DNA from: a virus
Direction: 5' to 3' (one strand)
Virus record (IMG/VR): IMGVR_UViG_3300021963_004854
Span: 107,567 to 171,566 of that record
Length of the DNA: 64,000 nucleotides
Shown here: one piece after another, positions 62,492-64,000 of the stretch
How positions within the stretch are numbered: position 1 is the stretch's first letter
Layout: the number at the start of each line of letters is the position of its first letter
Program-made: the position numbers and the translations under genes
The notes under the pieces: model-generated
Seen by the model: the letters and a program-made list of their open reading frames with translations, nothing else
The model's database searches: none
What the model was told of the DNA's origin: nothing

Positions 62492-63942
62492 AAAAACTAA
62501 TCGCTCTATTTCTATTATTCTTTGCAATGCCAACATTTGCACAAGTTACAAATTATGGTTTTGAGAATGGTAACTATGCTGGTTGGACTGTTAGCAATGG
62601 TTCTACTGCACTAAAAACAAACTGGAGTTCCGATGGTTCTGGTGTTCAAGTAACAACTGGTATGACTAATTATTGTCCTGGCGGTGGCAAGTGCTGGACT
62701 ATCACACCTTATGGTTCATACATGGTTTCTTTACAAGCTGGTGGAAGTTCTCCGCAATTCAATGCTGCGATGACTACACTTGGGTTACAAAGTTCTACTA
62801 TCACGACAATTAGAAATACGATTTATTCTAATGGTAACATGTATCCAACAAATGCCACTTCTATTAGTAGAACAGTCTTTCTACAAGCAGGCGTTACATA
62901 CACATATGCTTGGCAATATGTTTCAACTGATTATGTTCCATACAATGATGGTTCGATGATTACTGTTACTGGTGGTCCTGGAACTGCGACTATCAATGGA
63001 CAGACGCAAGACTATGCCCTTCTCGGATTCACAAACCAGGGTACTGGTAATTATTCGGTAGGGTCTTATGGTGCTACAGGGTGGCAAGTTGCGGTGTTTA
63101 CTGTTCCCACTGATGGCAATTATCTTCTAGGATTTGCTTCGTTCAATCTTGGTGATACTGCACTGTCCCCAATTTTATTCATTGACCAGATGCAAGGAAC
63201 AACTTCATTGAATGGAACAACGTTTACTCCTGTTGCGCCAAATGCTGGTTCTTCTGCACCACCACCGCCTGCACCCGAACCACCCGCTCCAACATATCCT
63301 CTCGCTTCTATCAGCGCGAACCAATCATTGAAGATTAATCAAACTAATGCGATTACGCAAAACTCTATCTACATCAATGTAACTGGCTCTAGCAATTCTG
63401 TTTACATCGAACAGTTCTCTAAGCAGAACCAAATTCGTGGCGTAAATGGCGCACAAGCAATGACGATTAATGGTAACAGCAACAGTGTCACTATTAATCA
63501 GGGAACAGCGACAACACCAATTGGTAAGAACTTAGCAGAAGTTTCCGTTACTGGCAATAACAACATAGTGTCATTGACGCAACAGCAAGGCAGCAAATAT
63601 GCCGAGATAATTACCAATGGTCTTGGTAATCAAATCTCAGCGCAACAAAAAGATGCTGGAGGAAAATCGTTGTTTATCAATGCTTTAGGAAACTCTAATA
63701 ATATCAGTGCTTTACAACAGGGAACTGGTAATCACTTCTTAGAAATCAATGCGCCGTTTGGTGGAGTTACTGCATCGGTGACTCAATTGGGTTCTTCCAT
63801 GAAGCAATTTCAACTTTTACTAAATAGTCCTGGAATTGGTGTAACTGTCACGCAAAATAACTTGACTGCCGCTGACTCTGCGAAAATGGAAATAACATGC
63901 ACGACTGGACCATGTAATGGATACTCTTATACAAAAAACTAA
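62488..63942 (+). CDS. Secreted beta-sandwich domain + Pro linker + curlin-repeat protein
   Basis: Signal peptide, N.GFE.G...GW, APPPPAPEPPAP, G.NN...I.Q repeats, terminal CTTGPC. Confidence 0.75.
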   Translation: MKKLIALFLLFFAMPTFAQVTNYGFENGNYAGWTVSNGSTALKTNWSSDGSGVQVTTGMTNYCPGGGKCWTITPYGSYMVSLQAGGSSPQFNAAMTTLGLQSSTITTIRNTIYSNGNMYPTNATSISRTVFLQAGVTYTYAWQYVSTDYVPYNDGSMITVTGGPGTATINGQTQDYALLGFTNQGTGNYSVGSYGATGWQVAVFTVPTDGNYLLGFASFNLGDTALSPILFIDQMQGTTSLNGTTFTPVAPNAGSSAPPPPAPEPPAPTYPLASISANQSLKINQTNAITQNSIYINVTGSSNSVYIEQFSKQNQIRGVNGAQAMTINGNSNSVTINQGTATTPIGKNLAEVSVTGNNNIVSLTQQQGSKYAEIITNGLGNQISAQQKDAGGKSLFINALGNSNNISALQQGTGNHFLEINAPFGGVTASVTQLGSSMKQFQLLLNSPGIGVTVTQNNLTAADSAKMEITCTTGPCNGYSYTKN

Positions 63943-64000
63943 AAAAGTTCTACTCTCGCCTTGGTTGGCACTGATTACTTTTGCGGTATTGTTAACAGTA
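63917..64000 (+). CDS. 5' end of a membrane protein, possibly a CHASE2 adenylate/guanylate cyclase (partial)
   Basis: MDTLIQKTKKVLLSPWLALITFAVLLTV; product inferred from context only. Confidence 0.35.
   Translation, partial: MDTLIQKTKKVLLSPWLALITFAVLLTV

Overview
Lytic T4-like myophage DNA, with no host genes, integrase or att site seen. T4-like markers are the gp61 primase, gp30 ligase, RNase H, NrdA/NrdB/glutaredoxin, ThyX, dCMP deaminase and TATAAATA late promoters. The host is probably an alphaproteobacterium, likely a sphingomonad (GapR/DUF2312, a Sphingomonas-type porin, a G-1/C73 tRNA-His and GANTC-loaded promoters). Layout: lysis and structural genes (1-4.1 kb); replication and nucleotide metabolism (4.2-17.6 kb); an RNA-rich array (17.7-25.9 kb); an AT-rich island with a subtilase, 2OG-Fe(II) oxygenases, a PP-loop enzyme and a GNAT (26.5-32.9 kb); about 21 kb of small early genes in promoter cassettes (33.3-54.4 kb); a putative DNA-glycosylation pair plus nuclease (55.4-58.7 kb); and a late curli-like operon with csgF, csgG, two curlins, FecR and a probable CHASE2 cyclase (58.7-64 kb). 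The RNA array holds 26 stand-alone tRNA or tRNA-like genes, rrn-type boxA leaders, a GOLLD-like giant RNA with an embedded tRNA-Lys and five stem-enclosed unknown RNAs. Best candidates for something new: (1) an early-promoter family with CcrM/GcrA-type GANTC sites at fixed positions, suggesting phage transcription reads the host cell-cycle methylation system; (2) non-canonical tRNAs, namely a D-armless Arg(ACG) that completes the 20-amino-acid set and a remodelled CAU tRNA; (3) an RBS-sequestering structured leader on the SAM decarboxylase gene. All calls are by eye from motifs; no database searches or folding programs were run.
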